64,000 nt of DNA from Octopus sinensis (Eukaryota): NCBI RefSeq assembly GCF_006345805.1, contig NC_043001.1, positions 60,636,001 through 60,700,000 on the forward strand, in the 5' to 3' direction. Of the stretch, positions 48,641 through 62,123 are shown piece by piece. Below the pieces are notes generated by a model that did not search any database, had not been told where the DNA came from, and saw nothing but the letters and a program-made list of their open reading frames with translations. Both the position numbers and the translations under genes were made by a program. Position 1 is the stretch's first letter, and each line of letters starts with the position of its first letter.

Positions 48641-49116
48641 TTCTAGGAGCCACAGTAACAGTAAAAACCTTCGATATTTAAATCGGCATTTGGAAAATCA
48701 TTGAAAAATGTTGACATTGCTGTATCGTGTCTTATTGAAAAGGCTATATTTGAGTTTCTGTGTCTCTAAAAATACATATATACATGAATTCACACACTCA
48801 CTCACACACTTAGGCAATCAATTCATTCATGTTATTGTTGTTCGTTACTTTTCTTGAATATTTAAATGTGCCCTTGGCTGTTCATTACATTAATACACTT
48901 CGTATTCGTGTAAATCATCAGTGATTTTTGTTATTTATCTCAAATTATTTTGTTATTTGTATTATGCTAGTGTGTGTCTATTCCACAAAGAATGTGACTG
49001 AATGCACAGTCTATTTTGTGATAAGCATATACGGATGTTGAGTCGTATAATGGTTTTGTTATACTATTCAAACATTACTCTCTTCCTTTCTTTATATAAA
49101 TATATATATATATATG

Positions 49117-49191
<75 letters not shown>

Positions 49192-50157
49192 ATATGTATG
49201 TGTATGTGTGTGTGTATGTGTGTGTGCTTGATTGTAGGTATATATATATGCATGTGTGTGTGTGTGTAATATATATATGTGTGTAATAGTAGTGGTTCGG
49301 TCTGCTAAATGAATGAAGATATATCTGTATTCACGTATCTCACCATTTTCATGTCTTTTCCTCCTGCAAGATATTCTAATGGGTTTCTTAAAATCTTTAA
49401 TTAATTCATATATTGCAATTACCTTAATATATCTTCAATATAATGACACTGCTGAGCACTTTTACAGTACATCCCCTACGGAAAAGTTGCACTTCGTGAT
49501 GCTGATCTCTAATATAAAGAGCACTATCTCATTCTTACGAGCCATCTCGGAAAATCGCTGGAAGGCACCATATTAAAGATAATGGTCTCAAACAAAGACT
49601 CGAAGCTCGGATACTTCTTTGCTAGTATTTAAATCTGTTTTCCTCGCCGTTTGTTTAGATTCCTATACTAACGATCAGATAAAATGCCTACAGCAATATT
49701 GTACTTGAGAAATCAATGTCCACCCAATTTAGCTTCATATTTGTTAGACCAGCAGCAACATTTCTTGTTTTGCAAATGCTGCGAAAGAGAATAAAGAAAC
49801 TGCGCCCACAGGGATTTTCCGATATATTTTCAGTCTACTTATAACCCACCTATATTTATATATAATAGCAACATAAATATGTTGACAAATCTATTTTCTT
49901 TCCTAAAAGGCGACAGTTTGTTAGATGATAACGTGACAACATTTTAATTCCAATCAAGCATCTAATGACGTTATAATGTATCAAAATATTGGGATAGATA
50001 TTATATTTTAGTTGCATGATTCCAATTCCTTTTGAATCAGATTAAATATATGTTGGCCTCATGGCACTCTCTCCCTCACAATCAATCTATCCGCATACAC
50101 ACACATATTCGTAGATATATATATTTATGTACATATATCTATCTATCTATATATCTA

Positions 50158-50196
<39 letters not shown>

Positions 50197-51264
50197 TTGC
50201 ATATAATTTTGTGTGTGCATAGATCTGGGAGAAATTTGTTTGCATATGGGTATCCTATGAATACGACATATATGATTTGGTGTTTGATTATTAAATAATA
50301 TTTTGGAAAAATATTAATGGAGAATATGTATGATGGTATCAATAAACAATTTCGTTACCAGCATGTTTCTACTTCTGATATATTTATACTAGTTTAGAAA
50401 GCTTTTAGTAAGTTTTGTTGTGTGTATCAACATTATTTTGCCCGAGAACATGAAAAAAAGAATTAAACTTGACTATTCTATTTGTTTTAAAACTGAATAT
50501 TTTGATCATTTCTATTATTCTTTTGATCTTAAACCTCTTTCAATGTATCATTAAATAAAGATGCATAGCTAAAATTCATCTGTTTATATGTTGAGTTTAT
50601 CATAATATAGTGCAGATTTTCTTTTCTTTAGATTTCACTTTAGGATTCGTTTTAGGGCAAACTCTAATCACTATTTGTTATTTTTGTTTTTATTAATTTA
50701 CATACATGTATCTTTGCTTCTGGTATTTAGAAAAATAGAATTTGTTTATATTTCGAGAAGTAAACAAACAATAGTTGTGTATGTGTTTGTATGTGTATTT
50801 GTAAGTGTTTGTGTTGTGTGTATGTGAATGAGTTTTATGTAGCAGCATATGAGAGCGTGTCTTCCGATGTCCTCACACAGTATTTGTTTTATATTCTCTT
50901 GTAAGTTGCTCTCGACGTATCCGATGTGATAAAAGGAAGGAAAATATCTTAGTAACTACTTTCTTTCTGTTTTTGTTTATTTGCTTAAACAGAGGTATAT
51001 TAAGTAAATAATGAATAAATTGTTACATCAATTTTCAAAAGTCAATATGTTCTTCGAATGATCTCTTATAATATGATTTTTTTTAAATGTAGAACTTTCC
51101 TATTTAAACTTTTTCGACTTACTTTTGTTAGATTATCGAAATTACATTCTTCATTGTCTGAAACTATATTGATAATGGGTTTATGAATTCAGGATTATGT
51201 AGAGAGGGTTAACTAGTCAATGGATAAAAATTTGCTCCAAAATAGGAACGCTCTATATATCATT

Positions 51265-51620
51265 TATATACCAACTTGCCAAGGCAGTTACGAATGGCTC
51301 TCAAGACCAAATGCACCGGAAAACTGACGAAAGTAGTCTTCTTTCATCATGAAAATGCTGCAGGACATACAGCCTTGGTTTTCCTTGCAGCTGTGCGAGG
51401 TGGTAGCTTTGAACTAGTTGATCATCCTTCCAATTCTTCTGATTTGATCCCATCTAACTATCATCTATGTATTCACCAACAAATAAATAACTTTGACTGA
51501 GAAAGAATTGGAGTGATGACGTCGCCATATCTACTGTTGACAACTCTTTTGACTAACAGGATGAAACCTTATTCGTCAAAGGTATCCAATCACCGATGAA
51601 AATTATGTGTGCACTGCAAA
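51265..51620 (+). pseudogene. Mariner transposase fragment (DNA-H motif to YSPDL region and C-terminus)
   Basis: QLRMALKTKCTGKLTKVVFFHHENAAGH..FELVDHPSNSSDLIPSNYHL. Confidence 0.8.
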
Positions 51621-52328
51621 ATTGGTAATAACTTCCAATATAATCCCCCCAAAATATATATTTTAAAATGTAACCAAATTAAGCTTCACTTCCTAAAGCT
51701 CTGTGTGTCTGTATGCATATGTGCATGTACGTGTGTGTGCGCGCGCGTGTGAGTGTGTGTGGGTGCGTGTGTGTGTGTACGGCGAGATCTGGAAGATTAT
51801 TCCCATGATTATTCTTAATACATTTAAACAACTTAAGAAATGTTGGCTGCTGTAGTGTACACCACATTGTACACCACGCCAATGTGTTCAAAGCACTTAA
51901 TTCATTGCCATATGAAATTCTGGGACACCGGTCTTGTCAGCAAGAAGCACCCATTTATTGGAGCCTGAATGAATTTTGCTTCAGAAGTTATTTATTATGA
52001 TTATATATGCGAGTCATTGTTCCAGAACTTACAATACAGAGTACAAATAATGATTAGTTATTGCCTGGAAAGTTTAAGCATCAATCAACAAAAGTTTCCT
52101 TCTCTAAAAGCATAAACAAAGAGGGTAACTTTGTTAAGGCTCAAACATCCGGTTGTTTCTGTCTGACGAGACAAAGCATGTCGAAACACAGGTCTCATAG
52201 AGTCAGAGTCCTGCGTGCTAATGAGCCGTGCGTGTCAATTACACTGTCGGCGTAAAAAGAAATTATTCTCCTATAATATGCAGTACAGTGACAAGCATAT
52301 TTCCGTCTGAACCTGCTCAGATATATTA

Positions 52329-52329
<1 letters not shown>

Positions 52330-52361
<32 letters not shown>

Positions 52362-52520
52362 TGTATGTATGTATGTATGTATGTATGTATGTATGTATGA
52401 ATGAATGTATGTATGTATGTATCTATGTATGTATGCATGCATGCATGTATATATGTATGTATGTATGTATATATGTATCTATGTATGTATGCATGCATGT
52501 ATGTATGTATGTATGTATTA
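52330..52520 (+). repeat. (TATG)n microsatellite
   Basis: Direct inspection. Confidence 0.95.
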
Positions 52521-54532
52521 TGTATTCATGTGTGTGCGTAAGGTGCACGAAATATAACTTATAGGAAGGAAAACGAACTGCAAATTCACTAAAGTGTAAT
52601 CCAAAATAGTTACAATAGAATGAAGATCAGGAACAACACTTACATTAGGAAACTATAGAAGCCAAACATCAAATAGCTAACAAATTTTACGAACAAAATA
52701 TCGGCAATAATTATATCATCAACATTTGTTGCGAAACATCAATATCACAACAATACTGCAAAGTTATTTCGAATATGTCATAGCCATTACCAAGAGCAAA
52801 AATGATAGAATATTTCAAGTATAACAGATAGTTAATAATCTTTCTGTTAAACATTAAGATTACCATAGAAAGAAGACACTTTTATATTTTTGACTGCATT
52901 TCCTAGAATATACATGGAAGAAAAAAATCGCAACTTATAATATAATTATTTTATTTTATTGATATCTACTTTTGTTTTTATTGGTCGTGCCTTCCTAGAA
53001 AATATAGAAATTCACATAACTTGTTTATTTACATAGCCGAAAGCCATTTACATGATAGAATAATTTAATTACGTTTTCTGCATGAACTATATATATAAAA
53101 ATATTTAAACTGCTTTGATTTCCACTTATAAGAGATTAGCAGAAAGTTTACAGAAACTTTAAAATTCTCTGCAATATTTAAACTTAAAAACACATTTGCA
53201 CATGTTATATCAAATTTATGCATCTTTGTTATTTAGAATCTAGTCGTATAAAATTAGTTACAGTATTCTAGATAACTTACTAAGATAATATTGTAGTATA
53301 TTATTTTGTGTGCAATGTACCAGTGCTATGAATGGGTACAGCTAGTTGCATACTAATGTTTTTTTTTAACGTAGCAGTTATTTGTTTCCAGCACCTGACA
53401 GAAGAAAACCTGCTGTATCACGTTAATATTGCTACTGAATTGAAAATGTATGAAACTTAGCATAAGTCGGTTGAAAATGCATAAACATATTAGAGGATGC
53501 TCATATGAGACATCTTATTCTAATGCTTTGTTTGATGTGAAATATCAAGGAGTGTCTTTATGTGAATTGTAAAAATAGGTGATGGTCGCACATGCATATA
53601 ATCTATTTGCGTAGGCCTAGCTCATTTGTGTATTCTACATCAGAAAGCAATTGATATACACTGAATGGCTTCGTAATAATTGGTACGACTCTCTGTTTGT
53701 CTCTCTCTCTCTCTCATTTTTACTTTCTCTCTATTCATCTTCTCTTTCCTCTGATCCTTTGGTCTAGTCTTCCACTACCCTCCTATTTCTTTGTCTCGCT
53801 CTGCACTCACAGGTCATTCTTCGACACCCATCCCTTCTCCTCTCTGATTCCTTCTTTCTCTCTCTTCTCTCTCTTTGTTGCGTTTTGTCCCCCTTTTCTC
53901 TCTCTCTCTTTCTTTTCTTTTCCCTCTTCTCTGTCACGTGACTGTTGGCCGAAATCTGCCTTTCAGCTCCTGACCCTCGTCGTGTTAACATCGTTGTTCT
54001 TCGTCCGCCGCTATAAAGGCTTTTTCCAATGCGCCAGAGAAAAAATTTGTTTGCTTGTTATCAGTCGTAAGACACTTGTTGTTTTCACCGTTAATGCTTC
54101 TGTATTTCATGTTTCTGTATTCCATTATTGTTTTTTGTTTTTTTTTATATCTGTCCCTTTTGCTGTCCTGGTGTTCGTATGCATTCGATCCTTCTTCCAG
54201 GAAATCTACGCTTCCAGCTTAGTTTTTCTTGGAGGGCTGGCCGTGATCTAGTAATCTCAAGATTAATCAGCCGAAATTACTACGATGATCCGGTTCTTGA
54301 CTGAAGACTGAGGGGTTCGAATGTCCTGTCCATGTTTATTGTATCGTCTTCTATGAGTTATACGTTCTTGTCCATGTTGTATTTTTCTACATACCTTAAT
54401 ATATATATATATATATATATATATGTTACAGACCAGGTCACTTATCTTCAGTAGCGCATTGCCGTATAACGAATAAATGGTACTGAACACCTTCATAACT
54501 TACAAAAGGAGTATGTCTGTGTATGCTTTATG

Positions 54533-54603
<71 letters not shown>

Positions 54604-54758
54604 TTCAACAATTGAGGGTAAAATTAATTAATTATTAATCAATTTCACCAAGTATTCAGTATGTAAAGGGACCATTTAAGGCGAATTCAAATTATTACAT
54701 TATATAAAAGGGCTTAGTAAAATAAATTACTTTGAGTTCAGTATGTGGCAAAGTAATT

Positions 54759-54789
<31 letters not shown>

Positions 54790-55626
54790 CACTCGTATAC
54801 TAAGTATTTGGTCTGCCAAGGTAACAATTATGCTCGCTTACTGCATCTGTTATACATATGTAATTACCTATCATACACACTCACTCACCCACATACGCAT
54901 ACACAAAAAACACACACATAAACATACACACACCCACATATATATTAATCATTGAAATTCCAACTGAGTCTGATGTTAATGTTATATTATTTGCAATTTT
55001 TAAAATTTTACAGTATTGAAATAAAGTATTACCTTCATGTGTTACGCAATCATCAGATTTATTAAGTGACAATCGTGTTCCAAAATTGACAACTGTATTG
55101 AAATGGTTAAATTTTTCCTTTACATACCCTCCGATGGGATCCGGCAGCCTGAATCTTACGAAGTATGTTTTGACTAATCATTATGTGGCTTACATATCAT
55201 GGTTTGGTGAGTGTGCTAAATAGGTTCTAACTCTATTTCAACCAATCAGTATGTGGCTTAGAAGTCACGGTTTGGTAAGCATGCCATTTACTCTTTACTT
55301 TCACAGCACCTAAAGGAATAATTGTTTGGCTATATTTTGTAATGTTGTAAACGGCATTCCTGTTTTCCTGTTTTGATTGAATACTATTGTTACTAGTCCA
55401 GAATTTTTTATATTTCAAGGGCGTCAACGCTGATACCATGCTTACCATCTTTATTAACAACATCATCTTTATTATTGTTATTATTACTATCATCGTCATC
55501 TTTAAAATTATCACCGTTACCATAAATGTCCATTTAAAACGGGTTTGAATTTGTCAATGAAATTCTTTTCTCTGATTTTTCTTTTACCTTCACTTGATTT
55601 GTGTAGTATGTACAATGGGAATTTTT

Positions 55627-55875
55627 TTAATTTGTTGTCTGAGTGTTGCTTAAAGAGATCTGATCGGCATCAGTTTCACTAACTCGCTGTCGCTGCATAC
55701 ATGAACGTTCCGATAATGCTTTTCCAGTCTGAGCAATATATATCTCTTCGCAGTTCGGGCATTTGATGCAATAAATTAAATTTCTGCTTTTGCAGTTAAA
55801 ATTTGAATTTGTAAATATTTTCCCGTCTTTTGTGTTCATATACTGACCGGTATGTATGAACTGACATATGTTCAT
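55627..55875 (-). pseudogene. Neptune-type GIY-YIG fragment
   Basis: NSNFNCKSRNLIYCIKCPNCEEIYIAQTG..LSER. Confidence 0.7.
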
Positions 55876-56239
55876 ATAGACTGCGTTTCACATTATTAAC
55901 GACGTAACACTTTTTCTTATTTTATTTAAAGCTATCTTGTTTGAATTCAACAGAATGATAACAACATTTATATGCACGTGGTGTGTAACAAACGTGAATT
56001 TCTGTAAAACAACAAACAAACTATGGCCATTTACAAAATGTTCAAATGTACACTGTTACGAATTGTTAGCGAGGTATAATTAAAACGTTTATAAGCCAGA
56101 AAATACCGATTTAATTGCTTCATATACATACTGAAATGAACAGTTAATCATAAACATGAAAGAAATAGAAATAAACAAATAAACAGCGGTCTGAATGGTA
56201 AGTGAGCTGGTCAGTAAGGCATACAGAGCGTTTGTTTGA

Positions 56240-57210
56240 AATTAGCTGTAAAAGGTGCTGGTCCAAGGGACATGCTAATTTCTGGATGTCCTCTGACGTT
56301 ATACCACGGGATATATCGACTATTGCTTGGCATAGTTCATCCTTACCCCTAATTGGGTGTCCATTCTTGTAAACTCGTCACTTTAGAATACACCACAAAT
56401 TTTCTGTTCAGTTTAAGTTGAAAGAACAGACGAGCCACCTCATCGTCCGAGGTCTGCAGAAGCTTAATTGTTGTAGATACTCTGTATTTTTCTTCGCTGA
56501 GTGCGACGGCGCATTATTTTCCATGAATATTATGATTATCTTCAAGGTGATTCTTTGCTTTATTAACTAAGGTTCAAGGTAGTCCATCAGAAAGATTATT
56601 TAAGCATCCGAAGTCATTTTAACACAGTTAGGTACTTTCCAAGGATCAACGCTAATTCGTTCAATAATATCTGCTCAAATTTGATGCTCCTCTCCTTGTT
56701 GGCGTCTTAAACAGTGATGACGATCTTGTTCATTTACAACCCATTTCTTAATCCAACCATCAGGCCCATCAAGGGTAGTATGAGATTCGTCCGTAAGCTT
56801 TTGAAAAGTCAATCTTCGTATTATCTTCTGCTCGTTTCAGACGATTTTGCATGTGTATTTTGTTTAAAGAAGGCTTTTAAACTTATGTCACTTTTTTAGC
56901 GACCGTTTTCACAAGACATCCGGTACCTCTGAACGCAGTTGCTGCGCCAATGCATTTGAAAGATTCTCCACTTGTAATACCTGCCTACTTTACAGCTTCA
57001 CGCTGAATTCATGGCAGAGAACGTTGCGAAACAGCCCCGACTGACCTTTGTCGGCTCGCTTATGTATCTTCGTAGAAGCTGGAACAAAACTTTTGACAAT
57101 TTGGTAATACCTGCCAGTTATTTTAGATATCTCTAATGCTGATTTACCTCTTGCAAGTTCAGATATAACAAATACCTCTGAAGTATCTAAGAAACATTTA
57201 TGACACATAA
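56240..57210 (-). pseudogene. Near full-length decayed Tc1-family transposase
   Basis: HTH ..GKSALEISKI..KRADKG; TDE..TLDGPDGW; RRQQG; IFMENNAPSHSAK; LN.TENLW; GKDELCQAI..ITSEDIQKL. Confidence 0.8.
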
Positions 57211-57673
57211 GGAAACGATTATTGGATCATTCGTGAATAATTTGAAAGATAGAAAGTTCGTGGAAATCATGCAAATTGAGGCGGTTTGCTTGCTCTTGCA
57301 TAAGACCTCACGTTCTTTACAAGCCATGGGGTTTCATGGAAGCAACAATTAAGCGAGTTCCATTACACAGTTTAGATTAGTTAGGATTCCTAAGCAACAT
57401 AATGGGAGCACCCAGTTTTAGTGTCAAGTTATTCGGTGGATTTCCAGTGGATTTATGTTTGTTCAGAAATTGAAGAGGTATTGAACAACCTGCTTTTGAT
57501 CAACTGTTGTCAATTGATCGAAAAGCTATTGCTAATGTATCTGTTAACTTTTGAAGAAGTTATTGAGTTTATGAACAATTTGATTAGTTGGATCTAGTAT
57601 AGCTCATTCACATAACCAGGTTCGTAAGTGTAATTGACAGGTAAATTAGGAAATACTTTATCCATAAGATATC

Positions 57674-57736
<63 letters not shown>

Positions 57737-57979
57737 ATATAATTAAGATGACTAGACGCAATTCAAAATCAAAAAGGAAATAATTCACCGTCACTAAACA
57801 GTGACGAAGTGTGTAGGGAGCACCAGCATTGATAGAAACTTGTGTCAAATGACATTATCTATTTACTGACAGAGGAGACATCATTCCAACCACAATTGAG
57901 TGGCATTAGATTGGCATACTAATTTCGCATGAAAATTAATGCTAGTCAGTAATACTAACTCCATTGCTTTATATATGTA

Positions 57980-58012
<33 letters not shown>

Positions 58013-58309
58013 TTATATACATACACACATACACAATTGTTGTCTTTGAAGCAACAGAGTAGTAGTAGTAGTTGTAGTAGCAGCAGCAGAGCAGCAGCAG
58101 CAGCAGTAGTAGTATAGTAGTAGTAGTAGTAGTAGTAGTAGATTTTGTTGTTTTTGGTGTGGCAGCAGTTGTAGTAGCATTAAAGATATATTTGTCATTT
58201 AATTATATCTGTTGTAGTACTGATTGTTAGTAGACAGGCTTCTAGCACTAGGGTCATAGCTGAGAGTCCTGATGTTTAAATAAGGCTTTTAATGGAGATG
58301 TCGTAAAGA

Positions 58310-58565
58310 TGCATGGCCTAAGGGTTAGGCTCACGTTCTTCTACGATCATTTCGATACCTGGCGTGCGATACACCGTGCACCTGTTCAGTCAACGTCGAT
58401 TTGATGAAGGGTGTACAGCATAAAATCTGATCACTATCAATATATTATTTGTGCAGTTTGCTCGGCAAGGAATTCCAGAACTACTACGAGCGACCACCGC
58501 ACGGTCAATGGAAATGTGTGAGAAGCTCTCTGTGCAGAGTAATTGCATAAATTTGCACTCGCTTT
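58310..58565 (+). mobile_element. Old tRNA-derived SINE (family uncertain)
   Basis: tggcctaagggttagg head, ttcgatacc B-box-like motif, and tgcacctgttcagtcaacgtcgatttgatgaaggg body. Confidence 0.4.
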
Positions 58566-59544
58566 CTAAATGAGAATTTTATTCATTTGTAGTACTCATT
58601 CGTACATGGAAAAATAATTGTATGACTGGTAGCCTTTATGGTCTCTTTTTAAAATCTAGATTTCAAGAACCACCCTTGTTTGAAGTTTTTCTTTTGATGC
58701 AAATACTATAACTGTTACCAAGTACCAATGTCGAATGAATCAACTTCATTTTACGCATTATTAATGTTTATATTGTTTTTTCACCAACTATCAACTGTAC
58801 AGTATAAAAGGTTCCATGAATTCCAAAATGTCATAACTTCTTATCTGATAAGCTTTAGATGCTTATTTGAGGATATACCAAATTATCAGTGCACCATTTA
58901 TTTATAAACATTTATGAACAATTATACTGTTCCAAGTACATTTCTTTTTGATGATTGGCTACAGGAAACACAGAGTAATAGTTTGTGAGGATTTTGAACT
59001 TCAATGAATCGCTATATTCATCCTGCCTTTAGTATTCTATTATAATTTATCCAACTTGTATTGCAGTTATATTTTGGAACGTGCCTTTCTGGCTCTAAAC
59101 AGAGTTTTATTGAAAATATTATAAATCAAAGAATCTCAGTTTTGTCACTCAATCAAAATAGAAGGCATTAACTTTTACTGCCATCTAAATGCCTCGTTTC
59201 TGCTGAAAAGAAAATGACAGTGTCGTGATTAACGTAGTTGTAAATAGGATATTTATCAAGAGATTGTCAGCTACAACTGATGGTCTTTTTGGAGAAAAAC
59301 TATTTTTTTTCTGTCTGGCCAAAATATCCTATAAGCATGTCGTTTCTTATTAATAAAAAGAAAATTATATCAAAGAGCACACAAAATATTTAAAGAAGTG
59401 TGTTCAATAAATGAACATTCGCGAAAAAAAATATATATATGGAAAATCATTTGCTTATGTTATAGCAAAATACGTAAAAAAATATTGGATTATAATAATC
59501 CACTCTATTATAGGCAAAAGACGTGGTTTGGTGGGTGGGGATTA

Positions 59545-59665
59545 CTCAATTGCATCGACCCGAGTTCTCAACTGGTACCTATTTTATCAATCCTGAAAGG
59601 GGACTAAAATTGAACTGAGACCTTAAAGCCAGTAGAACATTTGTCGGTAGGCAGAATTAGCGACT
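59545..59665 (-). mobile_element. Decayed Nin-type SINE fragment
   Basis: catcgacccgagttctcaactggtacctattttatcaatcctgaaagg. Confidence 0.55.
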
Positions 59666-60015
59666 GAATTTGCTTAAGGGATAAATTTCTTTTACTTCTT
59701 TTTGTAGCCTTAGTGCTCGCCTCTAGCACGACTCATTCTTCGGATCAAAAAGAGCAGCAGACGTGTGGAAATACAATTATATTCATCTTTCGAGGCAAAA
59801 CTTGCATCTTGTATGCTTGTATGCATAGTAATCAGGAACTATGATGCGAAAATGTATATTATGTATGTCATACATGTTTGTGCTAACGTACTTGGGACTG
59901 CAGAAAAAATTTGCTATCTCAAGTATTGTGATACAAACATATATGAACTATATATGTTGTACCTGTTCGGCCAGCTATCACGCTGCATCTTCGTTACTGT
60001 ATGCTATGAATATTG

Positions 60016-60109
<94 letters not shown>

Positions 60110-61749
60110 TTAGTTTAAATTAAACTTCAATGATGGCGGAAAAACCATTAAGCCGCAGTGTATAATCAGATAGTGAGTTCTGAACTCTCAAAAATGGCTA
60201 ATAGTTGGCAAGTGTCTCTTTCAGACTACAAGTCTGTTTCACAGTTGTGCTCATTTGTTTATTTGGAAGGGATGGAAATAATATTGGCGTTGCTAAGCAA
60301 AATACGTTTAATTTTTTTTTTTGCCAGAAAAAAAAAGATAACATTGAAAGAAAGCCCGCAGAATTTGAAATGGAGAAAGAATTTCCTGAAGTGTTTGCTC
60401 TTTCGAAGCACCGCTGGTGAAAACCTTGGAAACGGGGGCCAGGTCATCTGGTACTCAGTTCAAAGAACTGACAAAAGAGTCAAGCTACGATATTTTCTGA
60501 TCATAACTAGTAGTGATACTTAGGGGAAAATAGAAGAGATTACTCCACCGCAGCACACGAAACAAGTTAGAGAGCTGGTTCAATGACAGAACATCACCAA
60601 TTATTACTTTACAGAAGGACGGAAAAATCAGCCACATCGTCGATCCCAATGACTTGGAGCAATGATACATTCTATACATCTATCAACAGCCAAACAGACA
60701 CACCAAGGAAAACAAGACGAGAAGTAGAACGGAAATTTTACGGCCATTTTTAAAGGAACCGGCTACAGGCGAAGCGGTTTTGGAGCAGAAGAATAAGTTA
60801 CTATGTCACTAAAAGAGAAATAAATTTTGGTATACCGTCGCTACAACACTGGTGTATATTTACTGAAAACACCAGCAGAAAATCATTTCAATGATTATTT
60901 AAAAATATAGGCTACTTATTTTTGTCATCTGAGGGACATTTGTGGGTGTCTACAATTACAAAACAAGCACTGGCATAGCTGTTTCTTTTTCGCAGCGACA
61001 CGACATGGATCGTCTCTGTACCGTATTTCATATCACTTGTGATTCTCTATAGTCATGTTTTTATTGTTTATTCCTTATTTCATTACATTTTAATGATGCT
61101 TCTGTCTATAATGTCCCTGAAGAAATGAGTTTATATAAATATTTCATTTTCATGTTCATACGTTTTTGTAAACATACATCTTTTATATCTCATGAACTAA
61201 AACTGCTTTACCTGTATGTAATTGCGTTTGTCATTTCTCGCCTTTCTTTACATTTAAATTACTTTCGTATTATATCTAAAAAGAGTACAAAAAATGAAAA
61301 ATAGAGACAGGAGAGGGAATAAGAAACAAGGTGTATTAGTTTAACGCCGACATAAAATGGAAGAATCTTTGACGTATCTGGCCTACGCTCTTCTGAAGAA
61401 TAGAATGAAAAGGAAAAACAGGAGAGAGCAAAAACACAGAGTGGATCTGTCTGGGTTAACGGTTGCACAAACTGAATTGACTGAAACGGAATGGTTGGAA
61501 GTAACTGTGCCAAGAGAAATAACAGTGACCTGGCTGAAGTGTGTGTGCGCAAGCATGAGTGTGTATGATTGTTGGATGTGTGCGCAGATATATGTGCGTA
61601 TGAGCGAGCGCGTGTGTATGCCTTTCAATGCTTTTGAGAGTCAAACGAATGCACCTTGCTATTTTTTTCCTTCACTTCCCTCTGTGTGTGTGTGTGTGTT
61701 TTACACAATTGTGAATCACATATATTATTTTCTACTCTAAGCATATATC

Positions 61750-61895
61750 CCGGAATTTTTAGGGGGAGGAACCAGTCTATTAGATCGACCCCAGTACGCA
61801 ACTGGTAATTAATTTATCGATCCCGAAAGAATGAAAGGCAAATTCGATCTCAGTGGAATTTGAATTCAGAACGTAAAGACAGAATAAATACCTAT
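61750..61895 (-). mobile_element. Nin-type SINE, truncated
   Basis: atcgaccccagtacgcaactggtaattaatttatcgatcccgaaagaatgaaaggcaaa. Confidence 0.75.
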
Positions 61896-62123
61896 TTCGT
61901 TACTACCCACAAGGGGCTAAACATAGAGGGGACGAACAAGGACAGACAAACAGATTAAGTCGGTTATATCGACCCCAGTGCGTAACTGGTACTTATTTAA
62001 TCGACCCCGATAGGATGAAAGGCAAAGCCGATCTCGGCGTAATTTAAACTCAGAACGTAACGGCAGACGAAATACCGCTAAGCATTTCGCCCGGCGTGCT
62101 AACGTTTCTGCCAGCTCGCCGCC
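61896..62123 (-). mobile_element. Nin-type tRNA-derived SINE, near full length
   Basis: Minus strand: ggcggcgagctggcagaaacgttagcacgccgggcg (A box), ctgagtttaaattacgccg (B-box-like), ggggtcgattaaataagtaccag (Nin-like core). Confidence 0.85.

Noticed and set aside
48263-48704. Asp-, Ile- or Met-rich ORFs on both strands
   Set aside because: They are products of a trinucleotide low-complexity tract with no splice or domain support.
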